NCBI GenBank assembly: GCA_000433455.1
Contig: HF992499.1
Location: 193,202-256,531, forward strand
Direction of reading: 5' to 3'
DNA length: 63,330 bases
From: Mycoplasma sp. CAG:877
GTDB taxonomy: Bacteria > Bacillota_I > Bacilli_A > RF39 > UBA660
The notes beneath the pieces are model-generated. The model was given only the letters and a program-made list of their open reading frames with translations. It did no database searches and was not told the origin of the DNA. The position numbers and the translations under genes were made by a program. Position 1 is the stretch's first letter; each line of letters opens with the position of its first letter. Below are positions 9,473-18,741 of the stretch, piece after piece.

Positions 9473-10045
9473 ATGGATTTAGGAAAGAAGATAGTAAATT
9501 TAAGAAAGAAAAATAATCTTTCACAAGAAGAATTAGCTGAGAAAGTAGGCGTGACTAGACAAACCATTTCAAAATGGGAATTGGAAGAGACTGCTCCAGA
9601 TATCAAACAAGCTAAAGCTTTATCAGAAATATTCAAAGTCAGTCTGGATGAATTAACTAATAACGACATAAACAGTATTTTAGTGGAGAAGGTTAGTAAT
9701 ACTGAAAAACTTGCAGGCATAATCATTAAAATTTTAAAAGTAGTAGGAATTGGTCTATTAGTTTTAGTTATAATTGAGATACTGGTTTTCATCTTCTTTA
9801 ATATTAACACTAATTCTAAGAGTAATAAAGTAGTTGGAAAATACGTTCTTACATGTAAAATAGATAAGAAACAATATTCATATAGTATAGAATACAATAA
9901 AAACTATCAAGTAATAAATTCTGGTGGAGATGCTTGGATTTATAATCATACAGATGTAGACTCATATGATGATGCTAATAAAGCTGTTGCTAATGTAGAA
10001 GACTATTTTAAAGAACACAACGGTTCTTGTCTTATAGAAGAGTAA
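9473..10045 (+). CDS. Membrane-tethered XRE-family transcriptional regulator (HTH - 1 TM - small ectodomain)
   Basis: HTH LSQEELAEKVGVTRQTISKWE. TM IIIKILKVVGIGLLVLVIIEILVFIFF. Cys-bracketed C-terminal domain (YVLTCK...NGSCLIEE). The second ATG is better spaced from the AAAGGAGA RBS. Confidence 0.8.
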   Translation: MDLGKKIVNLRKKNNLSQEELAEKVGVTRQTISKWELEETAPDIKQAKALSEIFKVSLDELTNNDINSILVEKVSNTEKLAGIIIKILKVVGIGLLVLVIIEILVFIFFNINTNSKSNKVVGKYVLTCKIDKKQYSYSIEYNKNYQVINSGGDAWIYNHTDVDSYDDANKAVANVEDYFKEHNGSCLIEE

Positions 10046-10295
10046 TAAAATAAACAGATGTTTTATTAAAATAAATTTTTACGTCTGTTTTTTATATGTA
10101 AAAATGAATTAACAAAAGTATAAGATAAATAGTATTATTGGTACTAACATTTAGAACAAAAAGTATCTATTAAAAGTAAAGAAAATAGTATATAATATAA
10201 ATGAATGTAGTATTTAATGCAGATATTAAAGAGAATATGATTATATAAAGGATGAAGAGTATATAAAAATAATTTGTTATTAAAAACACTTTATA

Positions 10296-10309
10296 TTAGA
10301 ACGTTCTAA
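10296..10309. promoter_or_regulatory. Perfect 14-bp palindrome TTAGAACGTTCTAA immediately upstream of the ABC ATPase RBS (candidate operator)
   Basis: Self-complementary by direct reading. A TTAGAAC half-site also occurs at 10151-10157. Confidence 0.4.
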
Positions 10310-10317
10310 AAAAGGAG

Positions 10318-11028
10318 ATGATAGTATTGGCATATATTGAGTTTAAAAATGTTAATAAAATTTATAAAATGGGTGAAGTTGAGATTAATGCCCTAAATAA
10401 TACTTCTTTTGAAATAGAAAAAGGAGAACTTGTTTGTATTCTAGGCCCATCTGGTGCTGGTAAAACCACTTGTCTAAATATATTAGGTGGAATGGATCGT
10501 CTAACCTCTGGTGAAGTAATTGTTGATGGTAAAGTCATAAACAAATTAAATGAAAAAGAACTAACTAAATATCGTCGTAATGATATAGGCTTTGTTTTCC
10601 AATTCTATAATCTAATTCAAAATATGACAGTCTTAGAAAATGTCGAACTTGCCGTTCAGTTATGTAAAGATCATCTAGATCCAAATAAAATTCTAGATAA
10701 TGTTGGTCTAGAAAATAGAAAAAGTAACTTTCCAGCTCAACTATCAGGTGGTGAACAACAACGTGTAGCGATTGCTAGAGCCATCTCTAAAAATCCTAAA
10801 ATACTTCTTTGTGATGAGCCAACTGGAGCACTAGATTATAAAACAGGTAAACAAATCCTAAAACTACTACAAGACACTTGTCGTAAAGAAAATATGACAG
10901 TCGTTATTATTACTCATAATTCTGCAATTAGTCCTATGGCCGATAAAATTATTAAATTTAAAAATGGAGCAACTGCAGGTGTTATTATCAATAAAAAACC
11001 AAAAGACATAGAAGAAATCGAGTGGTAA
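10318..11028 (+). CDS. ABC transporter ATP-binding protein (MacB/FtsE-like class)
   Basis: Walker [10 protein letters not shown], signature [14 protein letters not shown], Walker B LLCDEPT. A TTG at 10327 is an alternative start. Confidence 0.9.
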   Translation: MIVLAYIEFKNVNKIYKMGEVEINALNNTSFEIEKGELVCILGPSGAGKTTCLNILGGMDRLTSGEVIVDGKVINKLNEKELTKYRRNDIGFVFQFYNLIQNMTVLENVELAVQLCKDHLDPNKILDNVGLENRKSNFPAQLSGGEQQRVAIARAISKNPKILLCDEPTGALDYKTGKQILKLLQDTCRKENMTVVIITHNSAISPMADKIIKFKNGATAGVIINKKPKDIEEIEW

Positions 11029-11029
11029 T

Positions 11030-13495
11030 ATGAAAAATAAATTATTAAAACACATCTTTATGAAAATAAAAGATAACTATAAAAGATTTTTATCACTACT
11101 TTGCATGGCTTTACTCGGAGTAGGTTTTTATGCTGGAATTCAAGCTGCTAGTCCGGACATGATTAAAACACTTGATAACTTCTATGATGAAAATAATGTT
11201 TATGACATCGAAGTTGTCTCTAACTTAGGCTTGACCAAAGAAGATGTCAAAGAACTATCAAAAGTCAAAAATATTGAAAAAGTAGTTGGAACATACTCTA
11301 AAGATGCTTACTTAAATCTTAACAATAAACAGTATGTTTTAAAACTAATTGGTCTAAACAAAGAAATAAATAACGTCTATCTAGAAGAAGGAAGACTACC
11401 AAGTAACAATAATGAAATAGTAGTAGAAAAAGCCTTACTAGAAGATAATAACCTAAAGATAAATGACAGTATAAGTATTGAGAATAACAACTATAAAATA
11501 GTTGGTACTATGCTAAGTCCTCTATATTTCAGTAATGATAGGCCAACTACTACTCTTGGTAATGGCAAAGTAAACTACCTTGTCTACATAAATGAAAACG
11601 TAATAAAACAAGATGTCTATACCAATGTCTATCTAACCATAAAAGGCGCTAAAGACAAAATAACTAACAGTAAAGAGTATAAAAAGAGTATTGAAAAAGC
11701 AACCACTAATATTGAAAAAATAAAAAAAGATAGAGAAACTGCTAGGTATGATGAACTATATGGTGACATTATCAAACAAGCAGAAACATACAACATACCT
11801 CTAGACAAAACAGCTCTTACAACTCCTAAGTGGTATATCTTTGATAGAACAGACAATAATTCTTACAAAGAACTTATCAACGGTAGTGAAAATCTAAAAC
11901 AAATAGGTAATGTTTTCCCTATAATTTTCTTCTGTATCGCTATTTTAGTAAGTCTAATTTCTATGATGCGCATGATTGAAGAAGATAGAACTGAAAATGG
12001 TACTCTAAAGTCACTTGGTTTTAACAGTTTCCAAATAACATCAAAATACATAATTTATTCCTTGTTTGCAACTGTAATAGGAGGTCTCTTAGGCATAGTT
12101 ATGGGTTCATTACTTATCCCAAGAGTTGTTTGGAATGCCTACAAAACTATGTTTACCATTCCAAAATTTATTTGTGATATTGATACATCCGCTAATATAA
12201 TTGGGCTATTAATTTGTATTATTTGTATCTGTGGTACGGCAATCTTTGTTTGTATTAAAAACTTAAAAGATGTACCAGCTAATCTAATGCGTCCTAAAGC
12301 ACCTAAAACAGGTAAAAAGATTCTTCTAGAACACATAACTTTTATTTGGAAAAGATTAAAATTTTCTAGTAAAATAACCATCAGAAATATCTTTCGATAT
12401 AAAAGTAGAGTTCTAACTACCATAATTGGTATTACTGGTTGTACAGCTCTAATATTAACTGGGTTTGGTCTAAGAGACTCCATAAAAGGTATTAATAATT
12501 TTCAATTTACTAATATTTTTAAATACGATAAAATGCTAATGCTAAGTGAAACAGCAAATACAAGTACTTTAAAAAATGAACTACTAAACAACCCTATCGT
12601 TAAAGAAGTAGTTGAAACAAATATTAATACTGCTACTATCTCTTATAATAAAAAAGAACAAGAAGTAACTATAATTGTTCCAGAGGTAAGCAAAGAATTG
12701 AAAAAAGTTATCAATCTAATAGACGTAAGTGACAATAAAAAAGAAAATCTTACTCCTAAAGATAACACTTGTATAATCAGTGAAAAAACATCTAGACTAC
12801 TAAACATCAAAGTAGGAGATAAAATAACAATCTTAGATGATAACAATAAAAAACACCAAGTAAAAGTTGACAAAATCGTCAAGAACTACATAAACCAATA
12901 TTTATATTTATCAAAAACAACTTATAAAAAGATCTTTGGCAACTATAAAACAAATTCTTATCTTGTAAAATTAAATAATGTAAGCGCCAAAGAAAAAAAT
13001 AATTTTGATGAAGGATACATTAGTAAAAGTGAAATAACTTCTATTGTAAATAACATCGATATGAAAAATACTATGAACGATATAATCGGATCAATTGGCT
13101 CAATAGTTGCCATTTTAATAGTTGCAGCAGCCTTACTAGCTTTTGTTGTTTTATATAATTTATCTAATATTAATATAAGTGAAAGAAAAAGGGAAATTGC
13201 TACTCTAAAAGTTCTAGGCTTTTATCCTCGTGAAGTTGATAGATATATAACTAGAGAAACTATTATTCTAACTGCCATTGGTATTACACTAGGTCTACTA
13301 TCCGGTTCATACTTATGTCATTATATTATTTCAACTTGTGAACCAGACTATTTATTATTTGATAGGAGAGTTGACACAATTAGCTACATCTTATCAGCTT
13401 TAATGACTATTATTTTTACAATCATCGTAAATATAGTAACTCATTACAACCTAAAAAAGATCAATATGGTCTCTTCCTTAAAAAATGTAGAATAA
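11030..13495 (+). CDS. ABC transporter permease with two FtsX-type modules
   Basis: 821 aa starting 1 nt after the ATPase stop. Two repeats of TM - large extracytoplasmic domain - 3 TM (FtsX/MacB topology). Confidence 0.85.
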   Translation: MKNKLLKHIFMKIKDNYKRFLSLLCMALLGVGFYAGIQAASPDMIKTLDNFYDENNVYDIEVVSNLGLTKEDVKELSKVKNIEKVVGTYSKDAYLNLNNKQYVLKLIGLNKEINNVYLEEGRLPSNNNEIVVEKALLEDNNLKINDSISIENNNYKIVGTMLSPLYFSNDRPTTTLGNGKVNYLVYINENVIKQDVYTNVYLTIKGAKDKITNSKEYKKSIEKATTNIEKIKKDRETARYDELYGDIIKQAETYNIPLDKTALTTPKWYIFDRTDNNSYKELINGSENLKQIGNVFPIIFFCIAILVSLISMMRMIEEDRTENGTLKSLGFNSFQITSKYIIYSLFATVIGGLLGIVMGSLLIPRVVWNAYKTMFTIPKFICDIDTSANIIGLLICIICICGTAIFVCIKNLKDVPANLMRPKAPKTGKKILLEHITFIWKRLKFSSKITIRNIFRYKSRVLTTIIGITGCTALILTGFGLRDSIKGINNFQFTNIFKYDKMLMLSETANTSTLKNELLNNPIVKEVVETNINTATISYNKKEQEVTIIVPEVSKELKKVINLIDVSDNKKENLTPKDNTCIISEKTSRLLNIKVGDKITILDDNNKKHQVKVDKIVKNYINQYLYLSKTTYKKIFGNYKTNSYLVKLNNVSAKEKNNFDEGYISKSEITSIVNNIDMKNTMNDIIGSIGSIVAILIVAAALLAFVVLYNLSNINISERKREIATLKVLGFYPREVDRYITRETIILTAIGITLGLLSGSYLCHYIISTCEPDYLLFDRRVDTISYILSALMTIIFTIIVNIVTHYNLKKINMVSSLKNVE

Positions 13496-13601
13496 ATAAT
13501 TTCTCTACTAACTGCCAAATAACTTTTACAAACTTCCAAAGACATTTGCTAGACAATTAAATTGGTTTTGATATACTTAAAAGTGAAGAGGGGTAAAGCT
13601 T

Positions 13602-13787
13602 ATGAATATAAATGAAAAGATTTTACTACTACGTAAAAAAGAAGAGACTATCTTCTTTGATGATCGAGAGAAAAATGTAAAAGTCGCTAATGAAATTGAC
13701 AAAATTCTAGGGAAAAAGCATAAAAACTTTTTCTCATATTGTATTAGGTTTGGTAAAGTTAAAAAATGTGTTAAAATAAAAATATAA
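13602..13787 (+). CDS. Small hypothetical protein (61 aa)
   Basis: GAGGGG RBS 7 nt upstream of the ATG. Basic protein with no recognisable motif. Confidence 0.35.
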   Translation: MNINEKILLLRKKEETIFFDDREKNVKVANEIDKILGKKHKNFFSYCIRFGKVKKCVKIKI

Positions 13788-13824
13788 GTAAAAGAAAGGA
13801 ACAAACAAAAATATAATTTGTAAC

Positions 13825-14409
13825 GTGAAAAATATGAAAAGAAAAAGAATCATCATCTTATCAATTATCTTCATCATAGGCTTAATAGTAGGCTTTACTA
13901 TGAGTTATTTAAATAAGAAAGCAAATAACCTAACTCCAACAGAAGTCAATAATAAGATCATAAACTATATGACGTCTAATTTAGATGAAATACCAAATTA
14001 TAGCTATAACTATGTAGATGAGGGTAAAAACGCCGTAGTGGTTGGTTTAAAGAAAAATAATACTGAAGCTCAAGAAGAATTTTATAAAAGGGTTTTCTCA
14101 TCTAGCGACATTAAAAAAATAAAAAGTCAAAAAATAATAGTTTTTGAACAAGGCGAATTAGAAAACGAGTTATATGAAAGAATCATCAAAGTAAATGATA
14201 AACTCTATTATGATACTGGTGAGGTAAGTGAAGAGGCTAGATGTGGAGTCATGGATGGAAAAATTACTTCTCATGTTGAAAATGATCAAATCCCAACTAA
14301 AAACAATCAATCAAACTTTTCTGGAGACTTTAGTTATCAACTAGGTAACAGCAGTACCATAGATGTCTTAATAAATGGACAATGGATAACGTTTAAAACA
14401 AGACAATAA
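13825..14409 (+). CDS. Membrane-anchored hypothetical protein
   Basis: One N-terminal TM helix (IIILSIIFIIGLIVGF). The start (GTG 13825 or ATG 13834) is uncertain. Confidence 0.55.
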   Translation: MKNMKRKRIIILSIIFIIGLIVGFTMSYLNKKANNLTPTEVNNKIINYMTSNLDEIPNYSYNYVDEGKNAVVVGLKKNNTEAQEEFYKRVFSSSDIKKIKSQKIIVFEQGELENELYERIIKVNDKLYYDTGEVSEEARCGVMDGKITSHVENDQIPTKNNQSNFSGDFSYQLGNSSTIDVLINGQWITFKTRQ

Positions 14410-14532
14410 ATTAGATCTCAAGGTCTAATTTTTTCTTAACACAAAGTAGTCATAAAACTTGTCACTAAAGAGGACATTCACTTAATCAAGTACTAATCAT
14501 TCGTTACTATAATAAAACAAGAAGGTGATGCT

Positions 14533-15081
14533 ATGAAATATACAAAAAAGTATCAAACACCAAAAGGCTTTTCAGACATTTACATGAGTAGTGATGGAAC
14601 AAACTTAACTAGATTATGGTTCGAAAAATCAACTGACCAGAAAAAACATAAAGATTCATATAAAGAAGAAGACTTAGCTATTTTTACTGAAACAGGAGCC
14701 TGGCTAGACATATACTTTTCTGGTAAAGAACCATCATTCACTCCTAAATACAAAATAGAAAACTTAACCCCATTTAGAGAAAAAGTAATAAATATTATGC
14801 TTAAAATTCCATATGGTAAAACTATTACCTATAATGACATAGCAAAAGAAATAGCCAAAGAAAAAGGTCTAGAAAAAATGTCTGCTCAAGCTGTAGGAGG
14901 AGCAGTAGGGTGGAATCCTATCTGTTTAATTATTCCTTGTCACCGAGTAATAGGCACGAATAATAATATAACTGGTTATGGTGGGGGCATAGAAAACAAA
15001 GTCAAACTCTTAGAATTAGAACAAAAAGAAAAGATAACTTTAAAGTTACCTAAAAATAAAAAGCACTATTTATCAAAATAA
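14533..15081 (+). CDS. ogt: Methylated-DNA--protein-cysteine methyltransferase
   Basis: Active-site motif IIPCHRVIG and the upstream YGKTITYNDIA helix. Confidence 0.9.
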   Translation: MKYTKKYQTPKGFSDIYMSSDGTNLTRLWFEKSTDQKKHKDSYKEEDLAIFTETGAWLDIYFSGKEPSFTPKYKIENLTPFREKVINIMLKIPYGKTITYNDIAKEIAKEKGLEKMSAQAVGGAVGWNPICLIIPCHRVIGTNNNITGYGGGIENKVKLLELEQKEKITLKLPKNKKHYLSK

Positions 15082-15090
15082 TTCCACAAT

Positions 15091-15150
15091 AAAAGCAAAG
15101 TATCTAAGAAACTTTTCTAGAGTAGATATCATAACTTTGCTTTTTTATTT
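15091..15150. terminator. Bidirectional hairpin terminator between convergent ogt and the N/Q-rich gene
   Basis: AAAAGCAAAGT ... ACTTTGCTTTT arms with an inner TATCTA/TAGATA pairing. A-run on the left and T-run on the right. Confidence 0.55.
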
Positions 15151-15152
15151 AC

Positions 15153-15986
15153 TTATTTCTTTTCACAAGTGAAACTATTTGCTTCCATTGTTTTAATATA
15201 ATTATCTAAAGTAGTATCAGTACTTGTAGATAATACTGCTTCAAACTCATCTTCTTTAGAACTAGCACTCATTTCAACCATAATAGTTTTATCCTTCTTA
15301 GAAATATTGAATTTAGAACCATATTCTTTTTCTCCACTTTCTTTTAAACTATTATAAAACTCATCAACTATAGTTGTATTTTGAGAACTTAAATCAAATA
15401 CCATTTCTGCACTTGCCTTAATAGCTTTATCATTTTTAAAATTAACAACAGCTTTAGAAGTGTAACTAATTCCAGCTAAATCACTAGTAGATGTACAAGT
15501 AACAACCTCTCCTTTTAAAACTCCAAAGTATAAACCAACACCAGCAGCAACAACTACCAAAGCCCCAATCACAATAGGTAAATTTTTTTTGCTACCATTA
15601 TTATTCTTAGATGACGCTGGTGCTTGATTCATATTGCCAGCTCCCATACCTTGGTTATTTTGAAAACTATTATTACCATTAAATTGTGAATTCATTTGAC
15701 TATTGCCTTGATTTCCATATCCATTAAACTCATTAGAAACATTATTATTATTCATACTGTTAAATCCATTATTTTGTATTCCATTATTACTTTGAGAATT
15801 GTTAAATTGATTTTGTTGATTATTTTGATTATTGCCCTGGAAGTTATTAAATCCATTATTTTGACTATTAAATCCATTGTTATTTTGCATTGCTTGATTA
15901 CCAAGTCCATCATTTGGATTAGGCATTTGATTATTGAACCCATTTCCCATACCATTAAAATTATTACTATTATTGTCTTGATTCAT
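15153..15986 (-). CDS. Type II membrane protein: Asn/Gln/Gly/Phe-rich low-complexity N-terminal domain, 1 TM, small Cys-bracketed ectodomain
   Basis: AAGGAG RBS. About 135 aa of N/Q-rich sequence with recurring NNGFN motifs. KK before TM LPIVIGALVVVAAGVGLYFGVL. C-terminal domain VVTCTS...NSFTCEKK. Confidence 0.75.
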   Translation of the reverse strand: MNQDNNSNNFNGMGNGFNNQMPNPNDGLGNQAMQNNNGFNSQNNGFNNFQGNNQNNQQNQFNNSQSNNGIQNNGFNSMNNNNVSNEFNGYGNQGNSQMNSQFNGNNSFQNNQGMGAGNMNQAPASSKNNNGSKKNLPIVIGALVVVAAGVGLYFGVLKGEVVTCTSTSDLAGISYTSKAVVNFKNDKAIKASAEMVFDLSSQNTTIVDEFYNSLKESGEKEYGSKFNISKKDKTIMVEMSASSKEDEFEAVLSTSTDTTLDNYIKTMEANSFTCEKK

Positions 15987-16182
15987 TTAAAAAACTCCTT
16001 TACTTTCTACTATAACTAATCATAACAGAATAATCATATTTATTCAAGAACTACCAGCTCTTAAAATTAAAAATAAAAAAAATCAGTAACAAAAGTGTCA
16101 ACATTATCCAAAAACATTGACCTTTATATTTACCAAAAGTAGTGTTATAATAAAGGACACTAATAAAGAAAGGAGTAATCAT

Positions 16183-17319
16183 ATGAATTCATTCAAGCGT
16201 TTAAATCTAGAGTTTGCAAACGGTCAAAAAATTCGTTACAATGAAGCTTACTTGGAAAAATTTTGTACAGAATTAGTAGAACTTTTATCAGGTGAAGATT
16301 ATATGAGAAAAATTAGTTTTGCTAAAAGAATGATGATGTCTCAAGAGCTAAAGTCTAATAACACTATTGAAGGTATTAATGATGATTTAACTAGAATAGA
16401 TGAAGTTATAAAGAAAAAATCTTCTCTTTCAGAACATGAAAGAAAAAGAATTATAAATCTATATCATGGCTATCAATACGTCTTAACCCATAAAAAAATA
16501 GATAAAGAACATCTAAAAGAACTCTATCAAATTCTGAGTGCTGACTTACTATCAGTAACCGACAGAGAAAATATGGGAGAATATTATCGTACCAAACCAG
16601 TCTATATTTTAAAAGGAATTCATATAGGGGACGATATGTTTACTGGGATGGATGCTGATAAAGTAGACTATTATATGGATCAGTTTTTTGCCTATGTTAA
16701 TGAAGAAAATCCCAAAGATGAAATAGAAAACTTTATTAAGTCCCAAGTAATGCACTTTTACTTTGTCTATATTCATCCATACTTTGATATAAATGGTAGA
16801 ACTAGTAGAACCTTATCATTATGGCACTTACTAAATACTAAAGCTTATCCATATATAATTTTTAATCAAGCAATAGCGTTCGCTAAACAAGACTATGAAA
16901 AAGCTATTATTGCTGGACGAAGTCATGGAGATGTAACTTTATTTTTAAAATATATGATTACTCACGTAGAACAAGAACTAGAAAAAGAATATGTTATTCA
17001 TAGTATTGACGAAAATTCGCCAGAAAGACTCTCTAATGAAGATTTACAACTTTTAAACTACATTCTAACTATGAAAAGTACACTAACAATAAAAGACTTG
17101 TCCAGTTTTTATAATCAGTATAATCCTCCTAAGAAACCTCATATACTACTACAAGAAAGAGTAATTCCACTAGTCGAAAAAGGTGTAATCTTACAAAGAG
17201 AAAAAACAAAAGGAATGATAACTAGAACTATCCCTAATACTAAGTTTAGTCTAAACCCAAATGTAATAGATGTAGATCCTGCTAAAGTAAAACACTTATC
17301 TCTACCAAGATATTTTTAA
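16183..17319 (+). CDS. Fic family protein with a non-canonical Fic motif
   Basis: HPYFDINGRTSR compared with consensus HxFx(D/E)GNGRxxR. Fic_N-like ..NNTIEGIND upstream. AAAGGAG RBS supports the ATG at 16183 rather than 16117. Confidence 0.8.
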   Translation: MNSFKRLNLEFANGQKIRYNEAYLEKFCTELVELLSGEDYMRKISFAKRMMMSQELKSNNTIEGINDDLTRIDEVIKKKSSLSEHERKRIINLYHGYQYVLTHKKIDKEHLKELYQILSADLLSVTDRENMGEYYRTKPVYILKGIHIGDDMFTGMDADKVDYYMDQFFAYVNEENPKDEIENFIKSQVMHFYFVYIHPYFDINGRTSRTLSLWHLLNTKAYPYIIFNQAIAFAKQDYEKAIIAGRSHGDVTLFLKYMITHVEQELEKEYVIHSIDENSPERLSNEDLQLLNYILTMKSTLTIKDLSSFYNQYNPPKKPHILLQERVIPLVEKGVILQREKTKGMITRTIPNTKFSLNPNVIDVDPAKVKHLSLPRYF

Positions 17320-17392
17320 ATTTCTAATAAAAGAGTGAAAATAAAATCTTTCTATGTTAAAATAAATTTATAAGAAAGAACAGGTGATTTTT

Positions 17393-18064
17393 ATGCAGAA
17401 TTTACATGAACTTATAAAAAATGCTTGTAATGGTGAAACCAAAAATAAAGAAAATGAAGATATTGGTGAAAGTGATTTAGTAGCGTTATTAATTAATACG
17501 TTTTATGGTGGTTCAATAATTAGAGTAACTACTCCAGATAAAACACATTATTGTAATGTTATACTAGATAGAATTGTTGATTATAGTGATGAGTCATTAG
17601 AAAACTCTAATCCATCTATAACATCAATTACAGCAATAAGTGAAAGAGAACTACTTACAGATGAGACAATAAAATCAAGATATTTAACCTTCCTAGAAAA
17701 TGTTCAACAAATCCTAAAAAGAAATTATATGACTAATATAAAAGATAACCAAGAACTAAAAAACTCATTAAGAAACAAAGGATATAATGACATAGAAGTA
17801 ACTGATTACTTTGATGCTGGTGCTTTTGAATTTGTTGACTTTTCTTTATTAGGTATTTCAGGAAGAGTTTCATTTGAATATATGAGAGATAAAGAAGAAG
17901 GTCAAATACTTCTTCCACGTAAAGCTACAAAGGAAAAAGCAAAATATAAAAGTCTTCCACTATCTACTGTAGAGCAAGTATTCTATCTAGCTAGAGAAAA
18001 TGCAGATACTTTACAAAAGTCAAAAGTATTAGAAAAAGCTATAAAGAAAACTGTAGAAGATTAG
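17393..18064 (+). CDS. Hypothetical protein (224 aa)
   Basis: AGGTGA RBS. No motif I recognise. Confidence 0.55.
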   Translation: MQNLHELIKNACNGETKNKENEDIGESDLVALLINTFYGGSIIRVTTPDKTHYCNVILDRIVDYSDESLENSNPSITSITAISERELLTDETIKSRYLTFLENVQQILKRNYMTNIKDNQELKNSLRNKGYNDIEVTDYFDAGAFEFVDFSLLGISGRVSFEYMRDKEEGQILLPRKATKEKAKYKSLPLSTVEQVFYLARENADTLQKSKVLEKAIKKTVED

Positions 18065-18079
18065 AAAATAAGGTGTACT

Positions 18080-18715
18080 ATGAATAAAAAGATAGTTATT
18101 TCACTCATCGTAATTATAATTGTAGTATCTATTTTTTCACAAAAAATCATACCTCACAAAACGTATACTAACAGAGACTTCAATATAGAAACATATATAA
18201 GTAAAATTGATAAAGATAATGATGGTCTAGATGATCAAACAGATATCTTGCAAAATACAAGAAAATATATTGCTAAACATCCAAAATATAAAAGTAAATA
18301 TTATGAAACCGGTTATCCAAACGATAATTATGGAGTATGTACAGATGTTGTTGCTTTTGCACTACTAGATGCTGGTTATAATTTACAAGAACTAATGAAT
18401 GAAGATATAAAGAAAAATAAAGAACTATATAACATTGATATAGTAGATAAAAATATTGATTTTCGAAGAGTAAAAAACTTACAAGTCTATTTCAAAAACA
18501 ACGCAATTTCTCTTACCACAGATATCAGTGATATAAAAGCATGGCAAGGTGGAGATATTGTTATTTTTAAAAAACACATTGGTATAGTATCTGATAAAAG
18601 GAACAAAAAAGGTATAACTTATATTATTCATCACGCTAATGAATTACAAATAAATTATGAAGAAGACATCTTAGAAAAAAGAAATGATATAGTAGGTCAT
18701 TATCGTATAAGTTAA
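18080..18715 (+). CDS. DUF1287 family protein, membrane-anchored
   Basis: DNDGLDDQTDIL, GVCTDVVAFALLDAGYNL, NIDFRRVKNLQVYF, GDIVIF..HIGIVSDKRNK. Confidence 0.75.
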   Translation: MNKKIVISLIVIIIVVSIFSQKIIPHKTYTNRDFNIETYISKIDKDNDGLDDQTDILQNTRKYIAKHPKYKSKYYETGYPNDNYGVCTDVVAFALLDAGYNLQELMNEDIKKNKELYNIDIVDKNIDFRRVKNLQVYFKNNAISLTTDISDIKAWQGGDIVIFKKHIGIVSDKRNKKGITYIIHHANELQINYEEDILEKRNDIVGHYRIS

Positions 18716-18741
18716 AAAGAATAAAGGGAGTAAAAAGTAGT

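Noticed and set aside
9388-9897. 169-aa minus-strand ORF overlapping the XRE regulator gene.
   Set aside because: It is antisense to a gene with an unmistakable HTH motif. It has no RBS and an implausible Leu/Phe/Ser-rich sequence.
10296-10309. Whether TTAGAACGTTCTAA is a LexA (Cheo) box.
   Set aside because: The Firmicute SOS box is GAAC-N4-GTTC. Here the GAAC and GTTC halves abut with no spacer, and the downstream gene encodes an ABC transporter, so a LexA site is unlikely. It is kept only as a generic candidate operator.
15696-16019. ORFs 15696-16019 (+) and 15752-15955 (-) overlapping the N/Q-rich gene. The repetitive AAT/AAC/CAA DNA could also be mistaken for a tandem repeat or an array.
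   Set aside because: These are artefacts of low-complexity coding DNA. The repeats are degenerate codon-level repeats, with no fixed unit or spacer structure, so they are not CRISPR or satellite-like.
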